From NCBI GenBank assembly GCA_013265495.1, contig MU058205.1, positions 74,312 to 138,311 of the forward strand: 64,000 nt of DNA, written 5' to 3'. The position numbers and the translations under genes are program-made. The stretch's first letter is position 1. Each line of letters opens with the position of its first letter. The notes beneath the pieces are model-generated. The model was not told the DNA's origin. It saw nothing but the letters and a program-made list of their open reading frames with translations, and did not search any database. The DNA is from Vicugna vicugna (Eukaryota). Shown here piece by piece: positions 49,480 through 61,315 of this stretch.

Positions 49480-49995
49480 TAATACATTTTATTTATTTTA
49501 GAGCAGTTTCAGGTTCACAGCAGAATTGAGCAGAAAATACAGAGAGTTCGCACATAGCCCTCCCCACTCACACATATATCCTCCCCTGCCCTCAACATCC
49601 CTCATCAGCGGGGCATATTTGGTACAATCAGTGAACCAACATGGGCACATTATTATCAACGAAAGCCCATAGTTTACATTAGGGCTCACTCTTGATGTTG
49701 TACATTCTATGGGTTTTGACGAACGCATACTGACATGTAGCCACCGCTATAGTATCATACAGAGTAATTTCAATGCCTTACAAATCCCTTTGCTCCATCT
49801 ATTCATTCCTCCCTCCCTCCCTCTCCCCAAACCCCTGGAAACCACAATCTTTTTATTGTTTCTGTAGCTGTGCCTTTTCCAGAATGTCATTTGGTTGGAA
49901 TCTTACAGTTTGTAGCCTTTTCAAACTGGTTTCTTTCATTTAGTGACACGTCTTTTAAGTTTCTTCCATGTCTTTCATGGCTTGATAGCTCATTT
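49480..49995 (-). mobile_element. L1MC1-like 3' end
   Basis: tttagagcagtttcaggttcacagcagaattgagcagaa...cccatagtttacattagggctcactcttg...catggcttgatagctcatttc. Confidence 0.8.
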
Positions 49996-50374
49996 CTTTT
50001 TTTTAAACTACACATATATTTTTTAATTTACATATATGTACTGTTCATTGTTTCTAAGGATGTTTAGAGCTTTAGCTTTTTAAACTTACATAGTTATCAA
50101 AGGAATAAAGCCAAACACAAAATGAGAATTGATTCGAAAAGATACACACACCCTGCTATTAGCAGCAACATTATTTATAATTGCCAAGATATGGAAGCAT
50201 CCTTAGTGCACATCGATAGCTGAATAGATAATGGAGATGCAGCATATGTATATATGTAATGGAATACAGCTCACCCACAAGAAAGGATATTTTGCCTTTT
50301 GTGACCCTTTATTCACTTTTTTTCACTTCAAAAACCAGAATTTTATAACCAGCATAAACATTTCCATTACATGA

Positions 50375-50640
50375 AAAACATCAAAATACCTAGAAATAAA
50401 CTTAACCAAGGAGGTTACCTATACTCCAAAAACTGAAATGACACAAAGAAATGGAAAGATTTCTTGTGCCCTGAGATTGGAAGAATCAACACTATCAATA
50501 TGGCCACACTGCCCAAAGCAATCCACAGATCCAGTACAACCCCATCAAAATACTCATGACATTCCTCACAGAACTAGAACAAACAATTCCAAAATTTATA
50601 AAGAACCACAAAAGACCCTGAACAGCCAAAGCAATCTTTC
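50375..50640 (+). mobile_element. L1 ORF2 fragment, inverted relative to the adjacent ORF1
   Basis: aaaatacctagaaataaacttaaccaaggagg...gattggaagaatcaac...cagccaaagcaatctt. Confidence 0.85.
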
Positions 50641-50696
50641 ATAAGTCTTTTCTTTAATCTTTCTTTCCTTTGTTCTCTTTTCTTATGGTTTGATGA

Positions 50697-51570
50697 CTAG
50701 AGAAGGTCCTTTAACATTTGCTGTAGAGCTGGTGTGCTGGTGCTGAAATCTTTTAGCTTTTGTTTTTCTGTGAAGCTTTTGATTTCTCCATCAAGTCTGA
50801 AGGAGAGCCTTGCTGGATAGAGTATTCTTGGTTCTAAGTATCCCCCTTGCATCACTTTAAATATATCGTGCCGCTCCCTTCTGGCCTGTAGAGTTTCTGC
50901 TGAAAAAAGCTGATGACCTTACGGGAGTTCCCTTGTATGTTATTCGTTGCTTTTCTCTTGCTAATTTCAATATTTCTCCTTATTCTTAATTGTTGCCAAT
51001 TTGATGACCGTGTGCCTTGGTGTGTTCTTCTCAGGGTTGGTTCTGTGTGGCACCGTCTGCACTTCCTGGGCGTGGGTGACTCTTTCCTTTCCCAAGTTGG
51101 GGGATTTTTCGGTTATTATCTCTCTAAAAATTTTCTCAGATCCTTTCTCTCTCCTCTTTCTGGGACCCTATAATGCAAATATTAGAGCGCTTCATGTTGT
51201 CCCAGAGTTTTCTTAAACTATCCTCATTCCTTTCATTTTCTTTTTTCTGTTCTGCAGTAGTGATTTCCACTAATCTGTCTCCTAGCTCACCAATCCCTTC
51301 TTCTGCATCATTTAGTCTAGTCTTGTTTCCTTCTAGTGTGTTGTTCATTTCAGTGATTTTATTCTTTAACTCTGGGTATTCTTTATATTTTCCAGCTCTC
51401 TGCTAAAAACTTCACTCTGTGCTTCTATGCTCCTCTTGAGTTCTCTGAACACCTTGGCCTTCATTATTTCAAACTCTTTCTCAGATCCACTGCCTATCTC
51501 CTCATCACATTTCCTCTTCCGGGATTTTATCTTGTGCCTTGGCCTGGGAGATACTCCTTTGCTGCCTCAT
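50697..51570 (-). pseudogene. decayed L1 ORF1
   Basis: starts MRQQRSISQAKAQDKIPEEE (ATG at 51570); NTLEGNKTRLNDAEEGIGELGDRLVEI...EDSLRKLWDNMKRSNICIIG; ends PALQQMLKDLL* (stop at 50697); frameshifted. Confidence 0.9.
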
Positions 51571-52505
51571 ATTGTCTCTTTCTATATGTTTGTGGACTCC
51601 TTCCACAGGCTTTGGGGTTGTTGTTTTCTTATTTCTGAAATCTGCCCCTGGTGGATGGGACTGGACTAGAGGCTTATGCAGGTTTCCTGGCAGGAGGAGC
51701 CAATGCATGCACACTGCTGGGTGCAGCCTGGTCCTGGACCTCTGGTGGGCAGGGCTGTGTCTAGAGGCCTTTGTGCCTCAGGAAGTCTGCTGATGGATGG
51801 GGCTGTGTTCCCACCCTGTGTGTTGTTTGGCCTGACGCTTCCCTACAGGCTGTTGGGTGGGGCTGGGTCTCGGTGCTAATGATCCAATCAAGGTGTCAGC
51901 CTCCAGGAAAGCTCCTGTAGATGAACACTCCCGGAATGTTTGCCACCAGCTTTTATGTCCCCTGGGTCAGCCGCAGCTGCCCCCCATGTTCCCAGGAAAA
52001 CCTCCAAATGCAGCAGGCAGGCCTGGCCCAGATTCTTATGAAATCACTGCCTCTGCCCTTGGACCTGGCACATGGGAGTTTCCGTGTACACTTCCCATGA
52101 GAATGGAGTCTCTGTTTCCCTCGGTCCCATGAGGCTCCCAGAGCCAAGCACTGCTGTCCTTCAAAACCAGTTGTCCTGCGGTCTCCTCCTCCTCCCAATG
52201 CCAGGGCCCGGGCTGGGGAGCCTGGCGTGGGGCCCAGCGCTCTCACTCCTGTGGGAGGGCCTCTGTGACTTAACTACTCTTCAGCTTGTGGGTCCCCCAC
52301 CTGGGGGGTGTGGGGCCCAATTACATCGCGAGCACGCCCCTCCTACCGTCCTCCTGTGGTTTCCTCTTTATGATTCCAGTTGCAGAAGATCTTTTTTTGT
52401 TCCAGTCTTTTTTTAGATGGTTGTTTAGAAGTTAGTTGTGATTTCGTTGTAGTAGCGAGGGGGTGTGAGCTTGTGGTCCTACCACTCCACCATCTTGACC
52501 AGAAA
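51571..52505 (-). promoter_or_regulatory. L1 5'UTR/internal promoter
   Basis: GC-rich ~930 bp upstream of ORF1, ending in ccaccatcttg (caagatggtgg, the YY1-like motif found at L1 5' termini). Confidence 0.75.
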
Positions 52506-52523
52506 ATTGTTTTCTTCTTTTTT

Positions 52524-52971
52524 AATTGAAGTATAGTTGATTTACAATATTGTGTTCATTTCAGGTTTACAGCAAAGTGATTTGATTATACAAATATATA
52601 TAATGTGTATCTATATTCTTCTTTTGAGATTCTTTTCCAGTGTAGGTTACTACAAGATATTGAATACAGTTCCCTGTGCTATACAGAAAATCCTAATTGT
52701 TTATCTAGTTTATATACAGAAATGTGCATCTGGTAATCCCAAACTCCTAATTTATCCCTTCTCCCCTTCCCCTTTGGCAGCTATAAGTTTATTTTCTATG
52801 TCTGTGAGTCTGTTTCTATTTTGTCAATAAGTTCATTTGCACTATTTTTTAAATTCCACATGTAAGTGATATCATGTAATTGTCTTTCTCTGACTTACTT
52901 CACTTAGTATGATCATTACTAGGACCATCTATGTTGCTGCAAGTGGCAAGATTTCATTTTTTTAGTGGCTG
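52524..52971 (-). mobile_element. LINE-1 3' end; its A-tail continues at ~49425-49456
   Basis: aattgaagtatagttgatttacaatattgtg...gaatacagttccctgtgctatacag...ttttttagtggctgag. Confidence 0.88.
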
Positions 52972-53512
52972 AGCACTTGGGGGCCATTTTGAGTAGTGAG
53001 CTCCCCAACCCAAAGCACAAAAGTGCATAAAATGTGGCACTAAATGACCCCAAAAAGGACGCTTGTTTCCAAAGTAGGGCATCTCCTTGTTCAAACTCCA
53101 CTGGGAACCTGGGCGTCTGGAGACTCAAAGTTTTCACGAATTACCACCGTGAGTGTGGATTTCCAGGTGACAAATACATTTTAGCAAGTAGGTGAATTTG
53201 CAAATACTGAATCCATGAACAAACATCAACTGTATATTTCACCGCATTCATAGCTACCAGCCCTCTAAGTTTTATATCCTGTATACCTTACAATCTGTCC
53301 ACTTCTTTTCATTTACACCTTCCCCACCTCATGATGACTTCCCAGCAAACCTTCTCCTCTGGCTGGACCAGAGCCTTCGCTTCTGAACCCACACCAACTC
53401 CTTAAGATCTTCAGTTTATTTTAATTGGTAGGAAAATGGAAGGTTGGAGAAGAGGGCTGTGGAGAGAGAGGAGAGAAGGGGAAGAGGAAATTTACATTAA
53501 AGGGAATGTATT

Positions 53513-53605
53513 GGGGGAAGGTAGAGCTCAGTAGTAGAGCACGTGCTTAGCATGCACGAGGTCCTGGGTTCAATTCCCAGTCCCTCCAGTTAAAAAAAAA
53601 ATCAA
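53513..53605 (+). mobile_element. vic-1-like SINE (short tail)
   Basis: agctcagtagtagagcacgtgcttagcatgcacgaggtcctgggttcaattcccag. Confidence 0.9.
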
Positions 53606-56600
53606 TAAAGGGCCTGTAAGGAAGCCTGCTGCTGTCCCAGCATGTGTGGGTGTGTCTTCTTGATGACAACCTGTTGAGACTGTCACAGGAGGGGAAAGGT
53701 GAGAAGAGGCACACTGTTACTCGGGTGACACGCACACCGTCATTACTCCAGTTAACTGTTCCCACAGCCCTACATGTAGATACTATTCTTCCTTCTTCTT
53801 CTTGAAATGAGGAAGTGTGGACTTAGGAGTGTTTAGTCACTTGCTCAAAGTCACATCCGAATGAGAGAAAAGAGGTCAAGCGCAAACCCGTGCTCTGAGG
53901 TCCCGTGCCCTGTCCCTGGGGCACTGCCACGTTCCAGCAGATGAAGGCGTCTGGTTTAACCCCAGACCTCCACCATCATTTCCCGCTTAACTTCGGAGTC
54001 CCTGAACATCATGGAAATGGAGTATTCCAGAGAACACAGCTCTCCGTGGCCTTTGGGGCTGTGATGGAATCGCTCCCTATTCTTCCCCAGTTCCAGGGCT
54101 CCATCAGCGACTGTATCAAATTCAGAGAAGAGCTTTCAGCTGGACTCAGTGTAAGGGTTGGGTTGATGGGCTTGGACAGTAGGCCTTGCAAGCTCATTGC
54201 ACCTTAAGGGAAAACTTCAGAGATGACTGGACAAAGGACATCAGCTTCCTGACACCCAGCTTGGGAATCACTCCCTAAACCGGACATTTTGTTTACTTAC
54301 AGGAATAAATATCACATCTGCTGATAAAGCATGAATCAATTTTTGGAAGGGAAAACGCCTCTCCAAACACTCTCACATCCCCCCACCAGCCTGCAGGCCT
54401 TGGGCTGAGGCCCAAAGGGGCAGCAGGGAGCCGCCTGGCCAGCTTGTCCCCTTGGGGGGGTGTGGGGCGTTGTGACTCTGGCTTTGAAATGGACTAAAGT
54501 CCTTCTCCCAGGAGACTTGGAGCGAGCAAAGTGAGGCTGAGCCCTCGCTTGCTCTGAGGAATTAACGTAGATTGAGCAACTGAGCTCTGTTTCTTGCAGG
54601 CAGAATCCCGTCAAGGAACCACTTTGAAGCCTTTCCCTCTATCAGCGTCGGGTGACATTGGAACATGAGGTTATCATGACAGCAGCAGCCAGGCAGCCCC
54701 TTCGCCCCTGCCCCTCGCAGCCACATGGCAGAGAATGCTTTGAACTGGGTTTGCTGCATGTCCAGATCCTCGGGGGTCCCTGGCTTTGGACCGGGGCCCC
54801 TCTCTGATAAAGGCCTGCCTCTCTGTTCCCCTCACCGCGGGCTGTTCCCACCAAACACAGCTTCCTATTGCTAAGTTAGAGTAAACACAAGGCAGGCAAG
54901 CTACAGCTGACATATTAGGAAGAAACAAAGGGCTGAAGCGATGACTTTCTGGAGAGGAGAAATGATTCATATGTTTATACCCACCCCTCCCCTCTCCAGT
55001 TTGCCTTCTTATTCTGCGCAAATCCTTGTGGACGCACTGCGCCAGGGTGGAGGGACGGCACCGACACCGCGGCACTGGCTGACCGTCCCGTCTGTCACGG
55101 CGACGCCCTCCCTCCTGTGGTTGGTTGGAGCTGCTGGGTGTGAGGAGATCGTCTTTCACAAGCTGTCCTCAGGTCCCCAGACGTCACTCTTTCCCAAAGC
55201 AAAACAGTGTGCTTTGGCGCAGGAAGACAAAACGCGCCCCCAGCTTCCGGAGAGGATGCCCTGCGCGCCCTCTCCCATGTGCGAGCTGGGAGAGGCATCT
55301 GCTCCAGGGCTCCCTCCAATACCTGATGTTAGCATAAACTGAAATAACTATCGTTGCTCTGCTTTGAGGTCCGAAGGCATTGCCACTGGGATGTAGGGGG
55401 TGAGAGAGAAGTGGAGGGGGAGTGTGGATGGTGGGGTGCTGCTCCCACATCTGGGCTACAGAGTCCGCTTCCCTCCTCGCTCCCCAGGCGCGTCCTACCT
55501 GGCCAGCTGCTAAGCCCACCACATTGATGCCCATATCCCGCCCTCTCTTTCCCCCTCCCGTGCTCACCCGGTACCTGCCTGGATGCCCAGGTCCTGCCTG
55601 GGTCCACCCTCACCCTGCACTGTCTGAGTAATGCCGCCTAGGGCAGCCGAGCCAGACCCACTGCCGGCTCAGTTTCTCTGGGTCCCAGTGGGAGGGGAGG
55701 GTACAGAGCAGGAGCCGGAGGCTGGGCTTCATGATGTAAACCTGTGCTGGGCTTTAGCAAGTCTTTGCTATCCTTCCTTCGCCCGACCTGATGAGCCAGG
55801 AGTCTTAGCCATGGATACGCGGGGTCCGCCACAGGAGAGCTCCCTGGACTCTGAACTCCATGCCTCGGTTTCTCTGCTTGTAAGGCGAGAAGCGTGAGCC
55901 TGAGTCTCTCCCAGCAGGCTGGTGTCTGCGTGGAGGTCGTGGTCATGAATCAGTGCCGCTAGCCCACGGCACCACGGACAGACAAAGAGAGAGAGGCTGC
56001 TTCCTGCAAGGTGCAGCACGCGCTGTTAAAATGCTAAATGGCCGGTCAGACAGCAATATCCCTTTGGTCTCGTTTCTGCATTTTACTGGAACACTCAGGC
56101 ATGAAGTGTTCCCTGAAACAATAAAAAAATAATTTACCCAGCCAGCGTGGTCCCTGTCTTGACGCTCTGCTTTTTCAGGACGCTGTCCATTCCCAGAACT
56201 CCGAGAACGCTTTTTCCTTGTTTTGTTTACATTTGCTTGGCTAACTGCCTCTCACTTGCTGTTTCCTCTTCCTTTTGGTGACTGACTTTTCGCATCATTT
56301 CCCTGTCTGTTACCAAATAAGCAAAGCCTCTGGGTCCCGCACCCTCATTCTAAATCTCATTGTCAAAACAACTGCTTTGTGTCTCAGATTGGACTGAGCA
56401 ATTTAAAAAACCCAAATAAAGCTTAGGTTTTGCTTTCAAGCCAGGCATTTATCGGTGGTTGTCTGCGTGCAGCAGGCACAGTGCCAGCCAAAGGAGGCAC
56501 ACACGTGGCAAAGTGCAGTGGGAGATAGTTAGGAGCTGCTCTGGAGGCATAATAAACAGGTATTGTTGCGTGTGGACTCTGAGATAAACAGCAGTGAATT

Positions 56601-58349
56601 TACAGAGGCTTCGCACCAGTTAGCAATGTATGTAAGAAAGTAGGGTCTGTGACCGGAAGTCCAACTGAGGCAGGGTCTGCATTTGAATCAGAGGCTCAGT
56701 GAGGTCAGGGCTGGCATCTGGACTGTTCTCTCAGCCTCTCTCCATGGTCAAAAGGTGGCGGCCTCAGCGCAGGCCTCACGTCTGTGTTCAAGGTGGGAAG
56801 AGGGGGGCGGGCAAGGGATCAGGAACAAACGTCGGGTTCGTCCCTGCCCACTGCGGTGGTGCCTCCAGCAGCCTCAGGGCGAGCCGTGGGAAGCCCAGTG
56901 GATTCGCTGACCTCCCGGTGGGGCCACTGAAGGACAATGAGCATCGAAGTGAAGCTTTCCAAAGAGAATGGCCGAAGAGAAGGAAAGGACTAGGAGATGA
57001 CAGCATTGGGGGCGTCGAGAGCGGCAGTGCCCAACGGAATCCACCGCAAAGGAGCCCGAACCCGTGGGCACGGGAGAGCGGAGGAGATGCCCGGCGAGTC
57101 CCTGGGCTCACACGCGGAGACAAGCGGCAGGTCCTGGGCCAGGCGGGTCGGGGAGGCGCAGGGGTTAGGGGAAGAGGCACCAGATCTCTCAGGCTGTGGC
57201 TGTGGACAGGAGTCCAGGGTCCAGGCTTGGGTGTCCTCTCACAACGATAAATTTAGAAATTCTGAAGTTCTGGGGCTTCCCTTTCCCGGATACAGGGATC
57301 CTCTCAGAGCAACCCTGTCTTCTTGTTCGCATATAAAGAAAAAGATGACTTTATCTTTTTTCCCTCTGCCTCGGGCCCTCAGCTGCTGCACTCCAGGTGG
57401 GAGGGCGCACTCCTTTCTCTAGACTGTCTGTAAATCAAAGCCAACAGTACGTCTTATCTCTGTGCCTCAGAAAAGCGTGTTCAAGATTAATGAAGTTGTT
57501 GCCATCTCCCTGGATGAAAGTGCGTCAGCTTGTAACTGAATCTTTTTCGGTACATCGGACGTCATACTGGATAGGAAAGTAATTTCCCTGGGATAAGCAG
57601 CAAATTGCCACGGTGCCCTTTTCCAGGGGAGCCCTTTCCCTCCCTGCCCAGGCGGTGGGGTGGGTGCTGCCTGAGGTCCCGAGGATTCCAGAGTGAGATG
57701 GGATGTTTATGGCAGGTGTGGGTCACAGCGGGTCCTTGAGATACAGCACAAGGGAAGAATGTGGCGCAGACAGTCAGATGGGGGGCGAGCATGAGGGTTT
57801 GAGGGATGGAGGACCTTCCTTCCCAAAGCACCTGGAGCCTCGAGGCTGGGGTATGCTTGGGGTGGGGGACCCCACTTGGTCACTGTGACAGAGTGCTTTT
57901 TTCCTGTAAACAGTTTTTTATTTGCATATGTCATTGTTTAAAAGTGTCTACGTTGACCTATTGCTAGGTTAACTTATCAGTTTATTATTATTATTGTTAG
58001 CAAAACAGTAAAATAACACAAAGAAAAAAGTCACTTACAAACCTACCACCCTACTGCAACTTGATACATGATCGATTTATTCAGAACAGAGAAAATCTTC
58101 CCCCCCCCCATGCATTATTTTTTTCCCTTTTGGTGTTCAAACATCTGCAATTTGAACAGAAACACAAGTCCCTAATTCAGGTACCTCCACTCTCAGATTC
58201 TTTCCCCTTCTGTTATCTCCTCATTCTCTTGGGGCGATCACTTAAAATTATTTTTGCTAATTGAACACTTCATTGCCAGTGAACTCTTACATTTTTTGTT
58301 ACTTTTATAGTTTCATCTTTGGTCCTATATTTTTTTTCAAGATTTTTAT

Positions 58350-58535
58350 TTATTTTACTAACTTTTAGAGGGAGGAGGTAATTAGGTTCATTTATTTATT
58401 TACTATTATCATTTAAATAAATGTTTTGGGGGTAATTGGGTTTATTTTTTTCTTTTGGTGGAGGTACTGGGGATTGAACCCAGGACCTTGTGCATGCTAA
58501 GCAGGCACTCTGCCACTGAGCCACACCCTTGCCCC
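58350..58535 (-). mobile_element. vic-1-like SINE with two tail modules
   Basis: ggaggtactggggattgaacccaggaccttgtgcatgctaagcaggcactctgccactgagc; ggtaattaggtt and ggtaattgggtt tail modules. Confidence 0.88.
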
Positions 58536-58543
58536 CATGATAA

Positions 58544-58625
58544 TTTTTTAATGGGGCTACTGGGGATCAAACCCAGGACCCCGTGTGTGCCAAGCACGCT
58601 CTCTAACACTGAGCAATACCCTCTT
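58544..58625 (-). mobile_element. vic-1-like SINE (head plus short tail)
   Basis: ctggggatcaaacccaggaccccgtgtgtgccaagcacgctctctaacactgagcaataccctc. Confidence 0.82.
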
Positions 58626-58840
58626 CCCGGTCCCGTATGTCTTTAAATGTGCTAATATAATAGCCACGGACATTTTAGGCCACGGAAGATGTTTCAGAGC
58701 CCAGAGTCCACCATGGAAGGGCCACAATGAGCTGACTTATGTTCGCCTCAGGCTGGAATGGCCCTGAAGGCCCCGCGGTACCCTGTGTTCTTGAAACTCT
58801 CTAGAGAAAGGAAATTACTTACTCATCCCCACTCATCTTT

Positions 58841-59048
58841 ATTTATTTTAATTTATTTTTTAATGACTTAGATTTTTAATTTAGTTTTTATTATTTTTTT
58901 GAGGGGAGATTGTGCTTTTTTTGAGGGGAAGAGGTAAGTAGGTTTATCTATTTATTTATTTTTTTTAATTGAGGTACTGGGGATGGAAACCAGGACCTCG
59001 TGCATGCTAAGCACATGCTCTACTACTGAGCTCTACCCTCCACCCCCA
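58841..59048 (-). mobile_element. vic-1-like SINE with extended tail
   Basis: TSD ccactcatcttt at ~58829-58840 and 59049-59060. Confidence 0.9.
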
Positions 59049-59844
59049 CCACTCATCTTTAAACAAAACACTGAGTTAATGATCCATAATATTGACCTGA
59101 ACTGTCTGGAACTTAACACACCTCAAGGCTCCTGGGAAGTCTGACTCCTAATGACTGATGCTGATCATAGGATGAGATATGGAGCCACAAAACCCAGGCT
59201 CCTCCCTCAGGCTGAGAGATACCTTTGTCCCATGCAGTCCCGTCTCCTGTTGGAGGATGGGCCAGTGCCATCATCATCATTGTCTGAAGCTCTCTGTTTG
59301 TATAAAGGGGATTTTTGATGTCACTAGGGCGGGATGGTAAATCATTAGGTTCTGGATGAGACTAGGATTGCTAACGGCAATTTGCCCACACTAACATGAC
59401 TTGTATGTTTCTTTTTAGACATAGCTTTGCCCTCTGAAAAGGGATTAAATTTCACCCTTCTTTCTTTCTTCCCGTCCCTCTTCAATCATTTACACTGCCT
59501 TACTGGGAGGCTGAGCAGTCACTGAGCTCAGGGGAGTAAGTACACTTTATACCCGCCCTGTTCAAACAGCAGGGCCACAGGCAGTGTAGGGACCCCTGGA
59601 CGGTGAGCCCTGTCTTGGGACGGAGGTCACATCAAGATGCTTCGGGCTGCGAAAGTGCTGGAAGCACATTATCAACCAAGTTAACCCAGGAGAAACACTC
59701 TAGATTTTTATAACTCACAACACATATGATTTTAACTGGAAAAACCAATTACATATTCTACACGTGCATGTGTAAGAGTCATCATTAACTTTTAGAAAGC
59801 TGTCCAGGCTTTGTGAGGATTATCATCTTTGTTTCTTGTCCTGT

Positions 59845-61315
59845 TTACTGAGATGTAATTGACATACAGCCTAGTATACATTTAAGGGGTGCAGCAGAAT
59901 GGTTTGACTTTCACATAGTACGAAAAGATTACCACTATAAGTTTAGTTAGCATCCATCATTTCATATACATACAAAAAAAAAAGAAAAAAATGTATTTTC
60001 CCTTGTGATGAGAACTTTTGGGATGTACTTTTCTTTTTTTTTAAACAACTTTCAAATAGACTGTATAGCAGTGTTAACTCTAGTGATCACGTTGCTCATT
60101 ACATCCTAAATCCTTATTCATCTCAAGACTGGAGGTTTGTACTTTTTGACCATCTTCCTCCAACCCCCAGCCCCAGCCCCTCTGTCTTTGGTAATGACAA
60201 ATCTGACCTCTTTTTCCTGTGGGTTTGGTTTTTTAGACTTCACATATAAGTGAGATCATATAAAGTATTTGTCTATCTCTGACTTATTTCACTTAGTCCA
60301 ATGTCCTCAAGGTCCATCCCTGTTGTCACAAGTGGCAGGTCTTCCTTTTTTATGGCCCAATAGCATTCCATTGTGCACACATACCACAACCTCTTTATCT
60401 ATTCACCTGTGTCGATGGACATTTAGATTGTTCCCATGTCTTGGCTATTATTGCAAATAATTGTTGCAATGTTGAAGGGAGTGCACATATCTCTTCAACA
60501 TAGCATTCCCAGAAGTGGGACTGCTGGATCACATGACAGTTCTATTTTCAATTTTTTGAGGACGCTCCATACTGTTTTTCCTTGGTGGCTGTACCAATTT
60601 CCCACCAACAGTGCACGAGGCTTCCCTTTTCCCCACACTCTCACCAGCTTTTGTGCTCTCTTGTCTTTTTGACCATGGCTGTGAGGCGTGAGGTGATATC
60701 TCACTGTGGTTTTGATTTGCATTTCCCCCATGATTAGTGATGTCGAACACCTTTTCATGAACTCGTTGGCCATTCACATCTCTCCTTTGGAGAAATGTCT
60801 GTTCAGGTCCTTCACCCATCCTTTAATTGGATTTTTTGGTTTCTTTTGTTATTGAGTTATTTGAGTTCTTTATATACTTTGGATATTATCAGATAGATAC
60901 ATGGTTTGCAAATACTTTCCCCATTCTGTAGGTTGTCTTTTCATAACGTTGATTGTTTCTTTCACTGTACAGAAGCTTTTGAGTTTGCTGTAGTCTCATA
61001 TATTTATTTTTTCTTTTTTTGCTTGTGCCTTAGATGTTATATCCAAAAAATCATTGCCAAGACCCATATCAAAGAGCCTTTTTCTTGTGTTTTCTTCTAT
61101 GAGTTTTATGGTTTCCAGCCTTCCATTTAAATCTTTAATCTATTTCAAGCTAATTTCTGTGTGTAAGATAGGGGTCTGGTTTCATTCTTTGGCATGTGAA
61201 TATCCAGTTTTCCCAGCACCACTTATGGCAGGGACTGTTTTTCATCCATTGAGTATTCTTGGCTCCCTTGTCAAATATAAGTTGACTGTATGTGTATGGG
61301 CTTATTTCTGGGCTC
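59845..61315 (-). mobile_element. LINE-1 ORF2 3' part plus 3'UTR
   Basis: minus-strand ORFs [25 protein letters not shown] and PEISPYTYSQLIFDKGAKNTQWMKNSPCHKWCWENW. Confidence 0.93.

Larger units (their letters stand above)
49107..53233 (-). mobile_element. Tigger-class element (MER82-like) split into ~49107-49424 and ~52972-53233
   Basis: left arm ...gagacactagacagcgcttcggc continues into right arm cacttgggggccatttt...gcaagtaggtgaatttgcaaatactgaatccatgaa...caactgta; duplicated junction cttaggggtgatttt / cttgggggccatttt. Confidence 0.75.

Noticed and set aside
56699..57250. 183-aa ORF
   Set aside because: It is explained by stop-codon scarcity in GC-rich DNA; overlapping ORFs occur in several frames and no family is recognisable.
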